From the NCBI GenBank assembly GCA_042571085.1, contig JBHPGB010000001.1, positions 3,190-67,189 of the forward strand: 64,000 nt of DNA. The letters are read 5' to 3'. Position numbers and translations under genes: made by a program. The notes under the pieces are model-generated. The model ran no database searches, was not told the DNA's origin, and worked only from the letters and a program-made list of their open reading frames with translations. This document shows positions 1 through 9,701 of this stretch, in pieces (positions within the stretch are counted from its first letter, which is position 1; each line of letters begins with the position of its first letter). Source of the stretch: Patescibacteria group bacterium (GTDB lineage: Bacteria > Patescibacteriota > Minisyncoccia > Phycocordibacterales > JBHPGB01).

Positions 1-2019
1 GAGGTTCACGAAGGTGAAACAGTAACCGACTGGATGGAGCAAGAGCGTGAGCGCGGTATTACTATTACTGCCGCTGCTATTTCTTGCGGATGGATTCCTA
101 CATATGCAAATGGTGATGAAAGTGCTCGTAATACATTCAACATCATTGATACTCCAGGTCACATCGACTTTACTTCAGAGGTAAAGCGTTCTATGCGCGT
201 ACTAGATGGTGCTGTTGTTGTGTTTGATGGGGTTGCTGGTGTTGAGCCACAATCAGAAACAAACTGGCGTTATGCAGAAGAAGCTCAAGTGCCACGACTG
301 TGTTTCATAAACAAACTTGACCGAACAGGTGCCAGCTTTGAGCGTTCATATGCATCACTACTTGAGCGCCTTTCTCCAAAAGCAATGCGTGTACAAATTC
401 CAATCGGTGAAGAAGAGGCGCACGAAGGAGCTGTGGATCTTTTGACAATGAAAGCATACAAGTATGAAGGTGCGATGGGAGAGAATGTTATTGAAGAAGA
501 AATTCCTGAAAACTTGAAAGCCGATGCAGAAAAATACCGCGGAGAACTTATAGAAAAAATTGTTGAAAATGATGAAGACTTAATGAACAAATATCTTGAA
601 GGAGAAGAAATTCCTTTGGAGACTTTGAAAACAGAATTGCGTAAAGCAGTAATTGCAAATGAAGTATTCCCAGTATTTTGTGGTTCAGCTCTTAAAAATA
701 AAGGTGTGCAGCTCGTACTTAACGGAGTTGTTGATTATTTGCCAAGCCCACTTGATTTACCTGCTGCAAAAGGAACTAATCCTGACACAGGTGAAGAAAT
801 AGAACGTGAAGCAAATGATGATGCACCATTCTCTGCTTTGGTATTTAAGTTGCAAACAGACCCATTCGTAGGACAGCTTTCATTCTTCCGAGTGTATTCT
901 GGTTCTGTAGAAGCGGGTTCATATGTATATAATGCATCAACAGAAAAGAAAGAGCGTGTTGGTCGTATCGTGCGACTTCAGGCTGATAAACGTGAAGAGG
1001 TGAAAAAGGTTGGTACTGGAGAGATTGCTGCAATGGTTGGAATGAAAGAAGCAAAAATCGGACACACGCTATGTGATGAAGATAATCCTATAATTCTTGA
1101 AGAAATGACATTCCCAATTCCTGTTGTTGCTGTGCGTATCGAACCAAAAACAAAAGCAGACCAAGAAAAGATGGGTATGGCACTTGCAAAATTGTCAGAC
1201 GAAGACCCAACATTCAAAGTATCATCTGATCCAGAAACAATGGAAACAATTATTTCAGGAATGGGTGAGCTTCACTTGGATATTATTGTTGATCGTATGA
1301 AGCGTGAGTTCTCAGTGGAGGCAGATATTGGTAAACCACAAGTTGCATATCGTGAAACAATTACCGGAAATTCTTCATCAGAAGTTAAATATATAAAACA
1401 GTCTGGTGGACGTGGTCAGTATGGTCATGTGAAAATCAACATTAAACCAATGGACAAGGAAGTTGATGTGGAAGATTTGCCAAAGAATACAAGGCGAACT
1501 GAAATATTTGAATTCGTAAACAATATTAAAGGAGGTGTTATTCCACAAGAATATATTCCTGCTTGTGAAAAAGGATTTAAAGAAGCTATGGAGAAAGGTG
1601 TTGTTGCAGGATATCCGATGGTGGATGTGTCAGTAGATCTTTACGATGGTACATACCATGATGTTGACTCATCAGAAATTGCCTTCAAAATCGCATCTTC
1701 TCAAGCATTCCAAGATGCTGCTAAAAAAGCAAACGCAGTATTGCTTGAGCCAATCATGAAAGTAGAAGTACAGGTACCTGAAGAATACATGGGAGATGTA
1801 ACAGGATCTATCAACTCAAAGCGCGGACAAGTGGAATCTATGGATGATCGCGTAGGAGTGAAGGTTATTACTGCAAAAGTACCTCTTTCAGAAATGTTTG
1901 GGTATACAACAATGCTTCGCTCACAAACTCAAGGACGAGGTAATGCTGTGATGGAATTCTCACATTACGCAATTGTACCTAAGAATGTGGCTGAGGATAT
2001 TGTTTCTAAAAGAGCATAG
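1..2019 (+). CDS. fusA: Elongation factor G, 5'-truncated by window edge (reading frame open from base 1)
   Basis: Translation shows GTPase G-motifs (IIDTPGHIDF, FINKLDR) and EF-G domains IV/V; frame continues upstream of first Met at 34. Confidence 0.95.
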   Translation, partial: EVHEGETVTDWMEQERERGITITAAAISCGWIPTYANGDESARNTFNIIDTPGHIDFTSEVKRSMRVLDGAVVVFDGVAGVEPQSETNWRYAEEAQVPRLCFINKLDRTGASFERSYASLLERLSPKAMRVQIPIGEEEAHEGAVDLLTMKAYKYEGAMGENVIEEEIPENLKADAEKYRGELIEKIVENDEDLMNKYLEGEEIPLETLKTELRKAVIANEVFPVFCGSALKNKGVQLVLNGVVDYLPSPLDLPAAKGTNPDTGEEIEREANDDAPFSALVFKLQTDPFVGQLSFFRVYSGSVEAGSYVYNASTEKKERVGRIVRLQADKREEVKKVGTGEIAAMVGMKEAKIGHTLCDEDNPIILEEMTFPIPVVAVRIEPKTKADQEKMGMALAKLSDEDPTFKVSSDPETMETIISGMGELHLDIIVDRMKREFSVEADIGKPQVAYRETITGNSSSEVKYIKQSGGRGQYGHVKINIKPMDKEVDVEDLPKNTRRTEIFEFVNNIKGGVIPQEYIPACEKGFKEAMEKGVVAGYPMVDVSVDLYDGTYHDVDSSEIAFKIASSQAFQDAAKKANAVLLEPIMKVEVQVPEEYMGDVTGSINSKRGQVESMDDRVGVKVITAKVPLSEMFGYTTMLRSQTQGRGNAVMEFSHYAIVPKNVAEDIVSKRA

Positions 2020-2120
2020 TAGATTAAATTCCCGACTTTATTTTCTTAAGAGCGAAGCGAATTAGAAAATAAGAAGTACTCTTGTGGTGAAATCTCAAAC
2101 CCTAAAATCAAAAACTAATA

Positions 2121-2152
2121 AAAAAGCGCGGGCTAAAGCCCGCGCTTTTTTA
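2121..2152 (+). terminator. Rho-independent terminator after fusA
   Basis: GCGCGGGC-taaa-GCCCGCGC stem followed by TTTTTT. Confidence 0.7.
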
Positions 2153-2244
2153 TGCACACAGCATGCTTGCCCAAGGTTTTTAATAGCAGTACAATGAATA
2201 AGACAAGATTGTCTAATAATTATTAACAAAATTAACCAATAACC

Positions 2245-2868
2245 ATGCAAGATCTAATAAAAACAACAAAAATAATCGTTTTGGCATTTGTAATAGCAGC
2301 AGGGGCAAGCTATGTATATGCTTGGACAGGACCAACCTCGCAACCACCAAATGCTAACGCAGATTCGCCGATAAACGTGGGTGTAGAGAGTCAGTACAAA
2401 GATGGAGCCTTTGGTGTCGGTGGGCTTCTGCGCGGATATGCAGATTTGATTGTTGACGGTGGTGTTGGTATTGGTACTGAAACGCCTACAGCAACACTGG
2501 AAGTGGTTGGGGATATAAGAACAAATGGTTATTCCAGAAGCGATACAGATAATGGAAATTTTCGAACAACACAACAAGATGGGGGTGGACGATATCATCA
2601 AGCATGGAATGTTGAAGGTACTTCCATATATACAGGAACATATGAAGTCACTGGAGATCCGGCATTATGGATAAGATGGAGTACAGATGGATGGACATTT
2701 AAAACAGCAGCGGCTGGAACAGCAGGTGATACGATTGTTTGGACAGATGGCGCAAACCAAAATGTAGACGGTACTTTTAGAGCCAAAGGAGGTCTTGTTA
2801 TAGAAACTCGTACAAGTGACCCAGTTTCTCCAGTTTCTGGTCAAATGTGGCTACGAACAGATTTGTAA
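2245..2868 (+). CDS. Hypothetical secreted/signal-anchored protein (TLEVVG-type beta motif)
   Basis: N-terminal hydrophobic segment KIIVLAFVIAAGASYVYA; no recognisable catalytic motif; inserted between fusA and tuf. Confidence 0.5.
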   Translation: MQDLIKTTKIIVLAFVIAAGASYVYAWTGPTSQPPNANADSPINVGVESQYKDGAFGVGGLLRGYADLIVDGGVGIGTETPTATLEVVGDIRTNGYSRSDTDNGNFRTTQQDGGGRYHQAWNVEGTSIYTGTYEVTGDPALWIRWSTDGWTFKTAAAGTAGDTIVWTDGANQNVDGTFRAKGGLVIETRTSDPVSPVSGQMWLRTDL

Positions 2869-2877
2869 AATTTATAC

Positions 2878-4644
2878 ATGCATAGTTACAAAAATTATCT
2901 TACACACTTAGTTAAAGCCAGCACTCTTATGGTGTGCGCTTTATTTTTGTTGCTAAGTGCCCACTTTGCACATGCGGCAGAAATAGATCTTGGGCTACGT
3001 TTTTCTGATGGATCAGAAACATACATAGCAGCTATAGAGCCTTTTGGCACACTAACTTCTCCACTACGTATTTCTGATGAAAACGGTGATGTGTACGGAG
3101 TTATTCTGGTGGACGTAAGTGATCCTGATGCATTACCTGTTCGTATACAAACTTCAGGTGGAACTAAGGCGATAAAAAAATATAACCCATTTGATCCGAG
3201 TGTCATCACATCATGCGAGGAGCTTCAAAAGATTGGCTATTACGCGGAATATCCTGGTTCTGAAGATTACACAATTGATCCAGACCCAGCAAAAAACTAT
3301 GGTAATAATTACATAGACTGTAGAGCAACAAATCCAGCAAATCCGGAAAATGCAGGTTCTGTTTGGGATGCAACGACTGGTGGGTTATATTATTCAGCTG
3401 GAGGAAAGGGATTTTTACCATTAGCAATAGGCTCAGTCTTTACTGGCTCAATTGATGGACAGGGTAATAAGATAGTTAATCTATTCATCGATAGGCGTAC
3501 ATCATCTGACTATGGATATTCTACTGGTTTGATCTCATACGGTTCTGGTGCAAGTATAAGCAATCTAGGGCTACAAAGCACTACCATAAAAGGAGAGACT
3601 TATGTTGGAGGACTAGTTGCCAGTTGTGCAGGATGTACAATCACTAATTCTTATGTAAAAGGCACGGTTAATGGATACGGACCCTCTGGGGATAAGGGAG
3701 GTCTTGTCGGGAGGCTTATGAGCCCTTCTGTGGTTACAAATTCTTATACAACAGGAACGATGGGAATAAGAGACGGGTATTTAACTGGTGGTGTGTTTGG
3801 TAGTGTGTATGGTTCTACAATCGACGGATGTTATTCAACTGCAACCACATACGGAAAAGGAGGTCTTGCTGGTACTGTTGACTCATCCACCATCACAAAT
3901 TCATACACGACCGGACGTGTTATAGGAAAATACGGTGGAAGCATGACTGGTGGATTGGTTGGGTATGTTAGCGGCGCATCATCAATAACAAATTCTTACG
4001 CAACAGGGAATGTAACAGCCGGAGATTACGGATGGCACACAGGGGGGCTCGTTGGGGTTAATAGTGGTGGTTCAACTATTACAAATTCTTATGCAACTGG
4101 AAATGTGTTTGGTGACCAGTACAATACCGGTGGTTTGGTCGGAAAAAATGATAGATCAACAATTACAAAGTCTTATGCAAGCGGAGATGTTGATGGATTA
4201 TATGATGTGGGAGGGCTTGTTGGATATAATGATGGTAATATAACCGCCTTGACAGGCTCCACAATCACAAACTCCTATGCAACTGGAAATGTAACAGGTA
4301 CTTCATGGGTCGGAGGATTTGCAGGACTCCATCAGTACAATTCTAAAATCAATAGGTCTTACTCAACTGGACTGGTTACTGCAGGAGGACAGAGCGTAGG
4401 TGGTTTTATTGGAAGGAATATTAGTTCTACACAGGCTTATTCATACTACAATTATCAAAGCTCTGGACAAGCTAACCCGGTTGGATCCGGCTCAAGTACT
4501 GGAGTAGGTAAAAAAACAACAACACAAATGAAACAACAAGGTACTTACACAGGATTTAACTTTACAACACCTATATGGAAAATGATTTCAGGTAGGTATG
4601 CTTGTTTAAATTGGCAAACAAACGCTTCTTGCCCAATTCCTTAA
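2878..4644 (+). CDS. Secreted repeat protein with multiple GLUG-type motifs (TITNSYATGNV...GGLVG repeats)
   Basis: Signal peptide-like N-terminus; at least 8 tandem approx 25-aa repeats each containing GGLVG/GGFxG and TNSY(A/T)TG. Confidence 0.6.
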   Translation: MHSYKNYLTHLVKASTLMVCALFLLLSAHFAHAAEIDLGLRFSDGSETYIAAIEPFGTLTSPLRISDENGDVYGVILVDVSDPDALPVRIQTSGGTKAIKKYNPFDPSVITSCEELQKIGYYAEYPGSEDYTIDPDPAKNYGNNYIDCRATNPANPENAGSVWDATTGGLYYSAGGKGFLPLAIGSVFTGSIDGQGNKIVNLFIDRRTSSDYGYSTGLISYGSGASISNLGLQSTTIKGETYVGGLVASCAGCTITNSYVKGTVNGYGPSGDKGGLVGRLMSPSVVTNSYTTGTMGIRDGYLTGGVFGSVYGSTIDGCYSTATTYGKGGLAGTVDSSTITNSYTTGRVIGKYGGSMTGGLVGYVSGASSITNSYATGNVTAGDYGWHTGGLVGVNSGGSTITNSYATGNVFGDQYNTGGLVGKNDRSTITKSYASGDVDGLYDVGGLVGYNDGNITALTGSTITNSYATGNVTGTSWVGGFAGLHQYNSKINRSYSTGLVTAGGQSVGGFIGRNISSTQAYSYYNYQSSGQANPVGSGSSTGVGKKTTTQMKQQGTYTGFNFTTPIWKMISGRYACLNWQTNASCPIP

Positions 4645-4670
4645 AAATTGTAATCCTCTTAGTTTATTTA

Positions 4671-4700
4671 AAAAGCCCGGGCCAAGCCCGCGCTTTTTTT
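4671..4700 (+). terminator. Rho-independent terminator after GLUG-repeat gene; near-copy of the fusA terminator
   Basis: AGCCCGGGC-caa-GCCCGCGCT stem plus T7 run. Confidence 0.65.
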
Positions 4701-4702
4701 AT

Positions 4703-4730
4703 TGACAAAAGCCAGCTATTCATATAATAT
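4703..4730 (+). promoter_or_regulatory. Sigma70-like promoter candidate for tuf
   Basis: TTGACA at 4703-4708 and TATAAT/TAATAT at 4723-4730 (spacer 14-16). Confidence 0.4.
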
Positions 4731-4851
4731 ACGGGATACGCGCTGCGGGCTTTTTTGTTTGTGGGCGTACTTAAAAGATTAATTATTAATTATATAACGG
4801 TAAGTATTTAGGCTTTCTCGCGCTTTAAATACTTTTCGTTATCAAAACAAT

Positions 4852-6045
4852 ATGGCAGATGCATTTGATAGAACAAAGCCACACGTAAACGTAGGTACTA
4901 TTGGTCACGTTGACCACGGTAAAACTACTCTTACAGCTGGTATTTTGAACTCATTGAAGCTAGACGGACAAAACGTAAAGTTTGAAGACGTTGCTTCAAT
5001 TGATAACGCTCCTGAAGAGCGTGAACGTGGTATTACAATTTCACTTCACCACAGTGAATACGAGACAGCTAATCGTCACTACGCGCACATCGATGCGCCA
5101 GGTCACGCCGACTACATCAAAAACATGATTACCGGTGCGGCACAGATGGACGGCGCAATTTTGGTTGTTGCTGCTACTGATGGTGTGATGCCTCAGACTC
5201 GTGAGCACATCTTGCTTGCAAAACAAGTTGGTGTGCCAAAGATCTTGGTATTCATTAACAAAGTAGACATGGTAGATGATCAAGATATGATTGACCTTGT
5301 TGAAGAAGAAATCCGAGAACTTCTTACAAAGTACGGATTTGATGGTGAAAATACACCTATTGTTAAAGGTTCAGGTTTGAAAGCTGCAGAAGCTTCAGAT
5401 ATCAATGATGAATATGTACAAAAATGTCTTGAGCTTATGAAAGCTCTAGATGAATGGATTCCAACACCAGAGCGTGAATTGGACAAGCCTTTCCTTATGC
5501 CAATTGAAGACATCTTCTCAATTGAGGGACGTGGAACAGTAGTAACAGGACGTATTGAAAGAGGTCAGGTTAAGGTTGGAGAAGAAATTGAAATTGTTGG
5601 TATCAAAGATACAGCAAAGACAACAGTTACAGGTATTGAAATGTTCAACAAAAGTCTTGAGTCAGGACAGGCTGGAGACAACGCGGGAATTTTGGTTCGT
5701 GGAACAAAGAAAGAGGACATTACTCGTGGACAGGTTCTAGCTGCTCCAGGGTCAATTACACCTCACACAGAATTTGAAGCTGAAATCTACGTATTGAAGA
5801 AAGAGGAAGGTGGTCGTCACACTCCATTCTTCTCAGGTTACAAGCCTCAGTTCTACATTAGAACAACAGATGTAACAGGAGACGTTACACTTCCAGAAGG
5901 AACAGAGATGGTTATGCCTGGAGATACAGTAACATTCAAAGTTAAGCTTGTTGCTCCAGTTGCTATGGAAGACCAAATGCGCTTCGCGGTTCGTGAAGGT
6001 GGTAAGACTGTAGGTGCTGGTGTTGTTACAAAAATCATCGCTTAG
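4852..6045 (+). CDS. tuf: Elongation factor Tu
   Basis: [21 protein letters not shown] motifs; 397 aa. Confidence 0.97.
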   Translation: MADAFDRTKPHVNVGTIGHVDHGKTTLTAGILNSLKLDGQNVKFEDVASIDNAPEERERGITISLHHSEYETANRHYAHIDAPGHADYIKNMITGAAQMDGAILVVAATDGVMPQTREHILLAKQVGVPKILVFINKVDMVDDQDMIDLVEEEIRELLTKYGFDGENTPIVKGSGLKAAEASDINDEYVQKCLELMKALDEWIPTPERELDKPFLMPIEDIFSIEGRGTVVTGRIERGQVKVGEEIEIVGIKDTAKTTVTGIEMFNKSLESGQAGDNAGILVRGTKKEDITRGQVLAAPGSITPHTEFEAEIYVLKKEEGGRHTPFFSGYKPQFYIRTTDVTGDVTLPEGTEMVMPGDTVTFKVKLVAPVAMEDQMRFAVREGGKTVGAGVVTKIIA

Positions 6046-6050
6046 TTGAA

Positions 6051-6162
6051 ATTTCCAAAATTGACGCGGAGCTTTGTTGGCTTCCTCGAAATAATACTCA
6101 CAGTACTCTTGTACAGCTCGTGTCATTTCTTGTTGCCGCCTCGCTCCACATTCAATTTGTGC
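6051..6162 (+). repeat. Copy 1 of conserved about 100-nt intergenic element (TCGAAATAATACTCACAGTAC...GTACAGCTC...GCCTCCTCG) in S10 leader position
   Basis: About 75-80% identity to copies at 9526-9627 and 18884-18996; flanking 7-nt stem covaries between copies. Confidence 0.7.
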
Positions 6163-6252
6163 AAATTTCAACGCCAATTCAAACCGTCGTGGTTTAAAAA
6201 AGTAAATTACCAGTTGTCGCTAAACCCAAGGGGTATAGGTAAATAAACATTT

Positions 6253-6594
6253 ATGGCTACAAAAAAAACTACAAAAAAAGGAGATGAGACACCAAAATTG
6301 CGTATTCGCGTAGGTGCATATGAGCACAAAGTGCTTGATGCATCTGTAAAGCAGATCATTGATACTGCTATGCGCTTAGACGCACAAATTATTGGTCCAG
6401 TCCCTCTTCCTACAGAGAAAAAGAAATATACCGTCAACCGCTCTTCATTTGTCTACAAAGACGCGCGAGAGCAGTTTGAAATGAGGATTCATAAGCGATT
6501 GATTGATATTTTGAACCCTACTCCAAAGATTGTGGAGGCGTTGACTAACCTCAACCTCCCATCAGGAGTTAACGTGGATGTTAAGATGAGCTAA
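6253..6594 (+). CDS. rpsJ: Ribosomal protein S10
   Basis: 113 aa, canonical S10 sequence ([13 protein letters not shown]...). Confidence 0.95.
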   Translation: MATKKTTKKGDETPKLRIRVGAYEHKVLDASVKQIIDTAMRLDAQIIGPVPLPTEKKKYTVNRSSFVYKDAREQFEMRIHKRLIDILNPTPKIVEALTNLNLPSGVNVDVKMS

Positions 6595-6608
6595 TTATTT
6601 AAGCATTA

Positions 6609-6656
6609 CACACAAAACAAAAGCGTCGGCTTCGCCGACGCTTTTGTTTTGTGTGT
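6609..6656 (+). terminator. Very stable hairpin/terminator after rpsJ (22-bp perfect stem, UUCG tetraloop)
   Basis: CACACAAAACAAAAGCGTCGGC-ttcg-GCCGACGCTTTTGTTTTGTGTG. Confidence 0.7.
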
Positions 6657-6660
6657 AAAA

Positions 6661-6722
6661 ACTAATCGGCTCACTCGCAGTGAGTCGATTAATATGTTGA
6701 AGAATAAGGGTAAAAAAATCGC
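6661..6722 (+). repeat. Member of CGGCTCA-palindrome repeat family (variant copy)
   Basis: AATCGGCTCActcgcagTGAGtCGATTAATAtgTTGAAGAATAaGGGT; compare 34471-34532 and 36393-36454. Confidence 0.6.
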
Positions 6723-6766
6723 ACTGGAGTAAGTCGGCAGGGGTAAATTAAATTAGGTGTGGGGGC

Positions 6767-6795
6767 TTGCACCAATTCAGCTTATGGTGTAATAT
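6767..6795 (+). promoter_or_regulatory. Sigma70-like promoter candidate for rplC (S10 separated from L3 by terminator + promoter)
   Basis: TTGCAC (6767-6772), 17-nt spacer, TAATAT (6790-6795). Confidence 0.5.
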
Positions 6796-6867
6796 GGTGG
6801 ACATTAAACAAGCGAATGGCTTACGTGAACAGATACGAAGCCAGTACGCTGTCTTTATTTTTGTACT

Positions 6868-7479
6868 ATGAAAAAGTTTATCTTAGGAACAAAAGAAGAA
6901 ATGACACAAATTTTTACCGAAGACGGTAAAGTTATTCCTGCTACAGTAGTAAATGCTGGGCCGGTTAAAGTTACTCAGGTAAAAAGCACTGACGGAAAAG
7001 ACGGATACGAAGCAGTACAGGTTGGATTTGGTTCAAAGAAAGAAAAGAGTATAAATAAGGCCGAAAGAGGTCATATGGGAAATGATGATAATTTCAGCGA
7101 TTTAGTAGAGTTTCGTACTGAAGGGTCAGAACTTAAGAAAGGAGACGAAATCACAGCTGACATTTTTGAAGAAGGAGATGACGTACAAGTAAGCGGAATC
7201 AGTAAGGGTAAAGGTTTCCAAGGTGTTGTTAAGCGTCATGGATTTCACGGAGGACCACGAAGTCACGGTCAGAAGCACTCAGAGCGTGAGCCAGGATCAA
7301 TTGGTGCTACGGGACCGCAAAGAGTATTCAAAGGTAAACGAATGGGCGGCAGAATGGGATCAGACAGAGTTACTGTTAAAGGATTGAAGATTGTGGGAGT
7401 AGATAAAGAAAATAATAAGCTTTTGATATCAGGAGCTGTACCAGGAAAGCGTGGAACACTACTTGAAATTCGCGGATAA
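6868..7479 (+). CDS. rplC: Ribosomal protein L3
   Basis: 203 aa; L3 signature around GKGFQGVVKRHGF. Confidence 0.95.
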   Translation: MKKFILGTKEEMTQIFTEDGKVIPATVVNAGPVKVTQVKSTDGKDGYEAVQVGFGSKKEKSINKAERGHMGNDDNFSDLVEFRTEGSELKKGDEITADIFEEGDDVQVSGISKGKGFQGVVKRHGFHGGPRSHGQKHSEREPGSIGATGPQRVFKGKRMGGRMGSDRVTVKGLKIVGVDKENNKLLISGAVPGKRGTLLEIRG

Positions 7480-7504
7480 TAAATTTCAAAAAATATAAAA
7501 CATT

Positions 7505-8167
7505 ATGAATAGCAAAGTATACAACCAAACAGGAAAAGAAGCAGGCAAGATTGATTTGCCAGAAGCTGTTTTCGGTTTGCCTGAAAATATGGACTTGATT
7601 CATCAGGTTGTTATTTCTATGCAAAGTAATGCTCGAACAAATGTTGCACATGCTAAAGACAGAAGTGAAGTACGTGGTGGTGGTAAAAAGCCTTGGAAAC
7701 AAAAAGGTACAGGACGAGCACGACACGGATCAAGCCGCTCACCAATTTGGGTTGGTGGTGGTGTAACACACGGACCAACAAACGAGAGAAACTACACAAA
7801 GAAAATCAACAAGAAAATGAAAACAAAAGCTTTGTTTACAGCGCTTTCAGGAAAATTGAATGACAATGAAATTCTTTTTGTAGACTCACTTGATTTTACA
7901 GAAGCAAAAACAGCAAAAGCTAGCGAAATATTTAAGGCACTAGCTGGCATTAAAGGATATGAAGCGCTTGGAGAAAAGAAGCAAAACACAGCTCTTATCA
8001 CAACACTTTCAAAAGACGAAAATGTATACAAGAGTTTTGGTAATTTCGGAAACATTGCAATTGAAGAGGTGAGAAACTTGAATCCGGTAGATGTACTTAC
8101 ATACAAGTATTTGATAGTAGTTAATCCAGAAGAAAGTGTTAAATTTTTGGAAACTAAATTAGCATAA
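7505..8167 (+). CDS. rplD: Ribosomal protein L4
   Basis: 220 aa; RGGGKKPWKQKGTGRAR motif. Confidence 0.95.
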   Translation: MNSKVYNQTGKEAGKIDLPEAVFGLPENMDLIHQVVISMQSNARTNVAHAKDRSEVRGGGKKPWKQKGTGRARHGSSRSPIWVGGGVTHGPTNERNYTKKINKKMKTKALFTALSGKLNDNEILFVDSLDFTEAKTAKASEIFKALAGIKGYEALGEKKQNTALITTLSKDENVYKSFGNFGNIAIEEVRNLNPVDVLTYKYLIVVNPEESVKFLETKLA

Positions 8168-8175
8168 TTAAAATC

Positions 8176-8649
8176 ATGGCATTTTTTACAAGAAAAGTTG
8201 AAGATACAAAAGCTAAAGGCGCAAAAGGGCGCGAGGATGCTTTGGGCGCAAAGGTGCACAGTAAAGATTCAAAAGAATTCAAAAGTGGTAAAGAAGCTGA
8301 TGTTGTTGGAGCTGACAAAGTAAAAACTGCTCCAGCTAAAAAAGTGTCTGTGAAAGCGGTATCAACAAAAGTGACAGGAAATCCAAACACATTGCTTCGC
8401 CCACGTATTACTGAAAAAGCAACACTACATGCGGAGAATGGTGCATATGTATTTAATGTAAGCACAGCAGCCTCAAAGAGTGAGATCGCAAAAGAGGTTG
8501 AGCGTGTATACGGAGTAAAGCCAGAGAAAGTAAGAACATTACCTGTGCCGAAGAAAACAGTTATCCGTAGAAACAAGAAAGGGGTGAAAAGTGGCGGAAA
8601 GAAGGCGATAGTATATTTGAAAGAAGGAGATACTATAGAGATTATATAA
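8176..8649 (+). CDS. rplW: Ribosomal protein L23 with Lys-rich N-terminal extension
   Basis: C-terminal 95 aa match L23; N-terminal about 60 aa K/A-rich. Confidence 0.9.
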   Translation: MAFFTRKVEDTKAKGAKGREDALGAKVHSKDSKEFKSGKEADVVGADKVKTAPAKKVSVKAVSTKVTGNPNTLLRPRITEKATLHAENGAYVFNVSTAASKSEIAKEVERVYGVKPEKVRTLPVPKKTVIRRNKKGVKSGGKKAIVYLKEGDTIEII

Positions 8650-8682
8650 ATATACGAATAAAGAATTTGTAATTATTATTTT

Positions 8683-9525
8683 ATGAAAAGATATAAACCA
8701 ACAACACCATCACGAAGAAATATGAGCACGGTTACATACCGAGGTGTGTTGACTGCGTCTGAGCCTAAAAAATCTCTTACAAAAGGACGTAAGCGTGCTG
8801 TTGGTCGCAACAGTGCTGGACGTATTACAGTGCGCCACAAAGGAGGTGGACATAAGCGTTTATATCGAGAAATTGACTTTAAATACAACAAAATTGATAT
8901 CCCAGCTAAAGTGGAAACTATTGAATATGATCCAAACCGTTCAGGATTTATTGCTCTTGTTGTGTATGCAGATGGTGAGCGTCGTTATATACTTGCTCCA
9001 AGTTCACTTAAGGTTGGCGATAAGTTTGTAGTTTCAGAAAAAGCAGAAGTAAAAGTTGGAAACAGAATGCCACTTAAGAATATTCCGATAGGTACTTTTG
9101 TATACAATATCGAATTGAAGCCTGGTGCAGGTGCACGTATTGCACGATCAGCAGGATCATACGCTGAAGTAGTTGCAAACTCAGAAGGATACACAAACAT
9201 CAAAATGCCTTCAAGTGAAGTACGTAAAGTATTGGAATTAGCATGGGCTACAATCGGTGAAGTTTCAAACTCAGAATACAAATTACGTAATATTGGTAAA
9301 GCTGGACGTAGTCGTCACATGGGAATTCGTCCAACGGTTCGTGGTTCAGCCATGAACCCAGTAGATCACCCGTATGGTGGTGGTGAAGGTAAAGCAGGAC
9401 GAGGACGTCGTCGCGCAGTATCTAAGTGGGGTAAGCCGACTGGAAAAGGTCAGAAGACTCGTCGCGTAAAGAAATACTCAAACAAACTTATAGTATCTCG
9501 CCGAAAAGTTGGCAAGAAGAGATAA
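8683..9525 (+). CDS. rplB: Ribosomal protein L2
   Basis: 280 aa; RHKGGGHKRLYR and GGGEGKAGRG motifs. Confidence 0.96.
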   Translation: MKRYKPTTPSRRNMSTVTYRGVLTASEPKKSLTKGRKRAVGRNSAGRITVRHKGGGHKRLYREIDFKYNKIDIPAKVETIEYDPNRSGFIALVVYADGERRYILAPSSLKVGDKFVVSEKAEVKVGNRMPLKNIPIGTFVYNIELKPGAGARIARSAGSYAEVVANSEGYTNIKMPSSEVRKVLELAWATIGEVSNSEYKLRNIGKAGRSRHMGIRPTVRGSAMNPVDHPYGGGEGKAGRGRRRAVSKWGKPTGKGQKTRRVKKYSNKLIVSRRKVGKKR

Positions 9526-9627
9526 TTCCATTTTTGGCGCAGAACTTTGTCGACTGCTTCGAAATAATACTCACAGTACCACTCGTACAGCTCATATTAT
9601 TTCTCATTGCCTCCTCGTTCTGCATCC
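9526..9627 (+). repeat. Copy 2 of conserved r-protein-operon intergenic element
   Basis: TTCCAtttttGGCG...TCGAAATAATACTCACAGTACcactcGTACAGCTC...GCCTCCTCG; closing stem GCAGAAC/GTTCTGC. Confidence 0.7.
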
Positions 9628-9653
9628 AAAAATGAAATTATCTTGAACTAAAC

Positions 9654-9686
9654 AAAAAACGACCCGCACATGCGGGTCGTTTTTTG
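9654..9686. terminator. Bidirectional terminator between rplB (+) and K+ channel gene (-)
   Basis: AAAAAACGACCCGCACATGCGGGTCGTTTTTT. Confidence 0.7.
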
Positions 9687-9701
9687 TTTATTTTTTTAAC
9701 T

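Noticed and set aside
5833-6177. 114-aa antisense ORF overlapping the tuf 3' end (and similar antisense mini-ORFs at 9500-9620)
   Set aside because: It runs antisense through a highly conserved gene. The conserved segment is shared at nucleotide level with two other copies where the reading frame is not preserved, so conservation is attributed to the non-coding repeat element.
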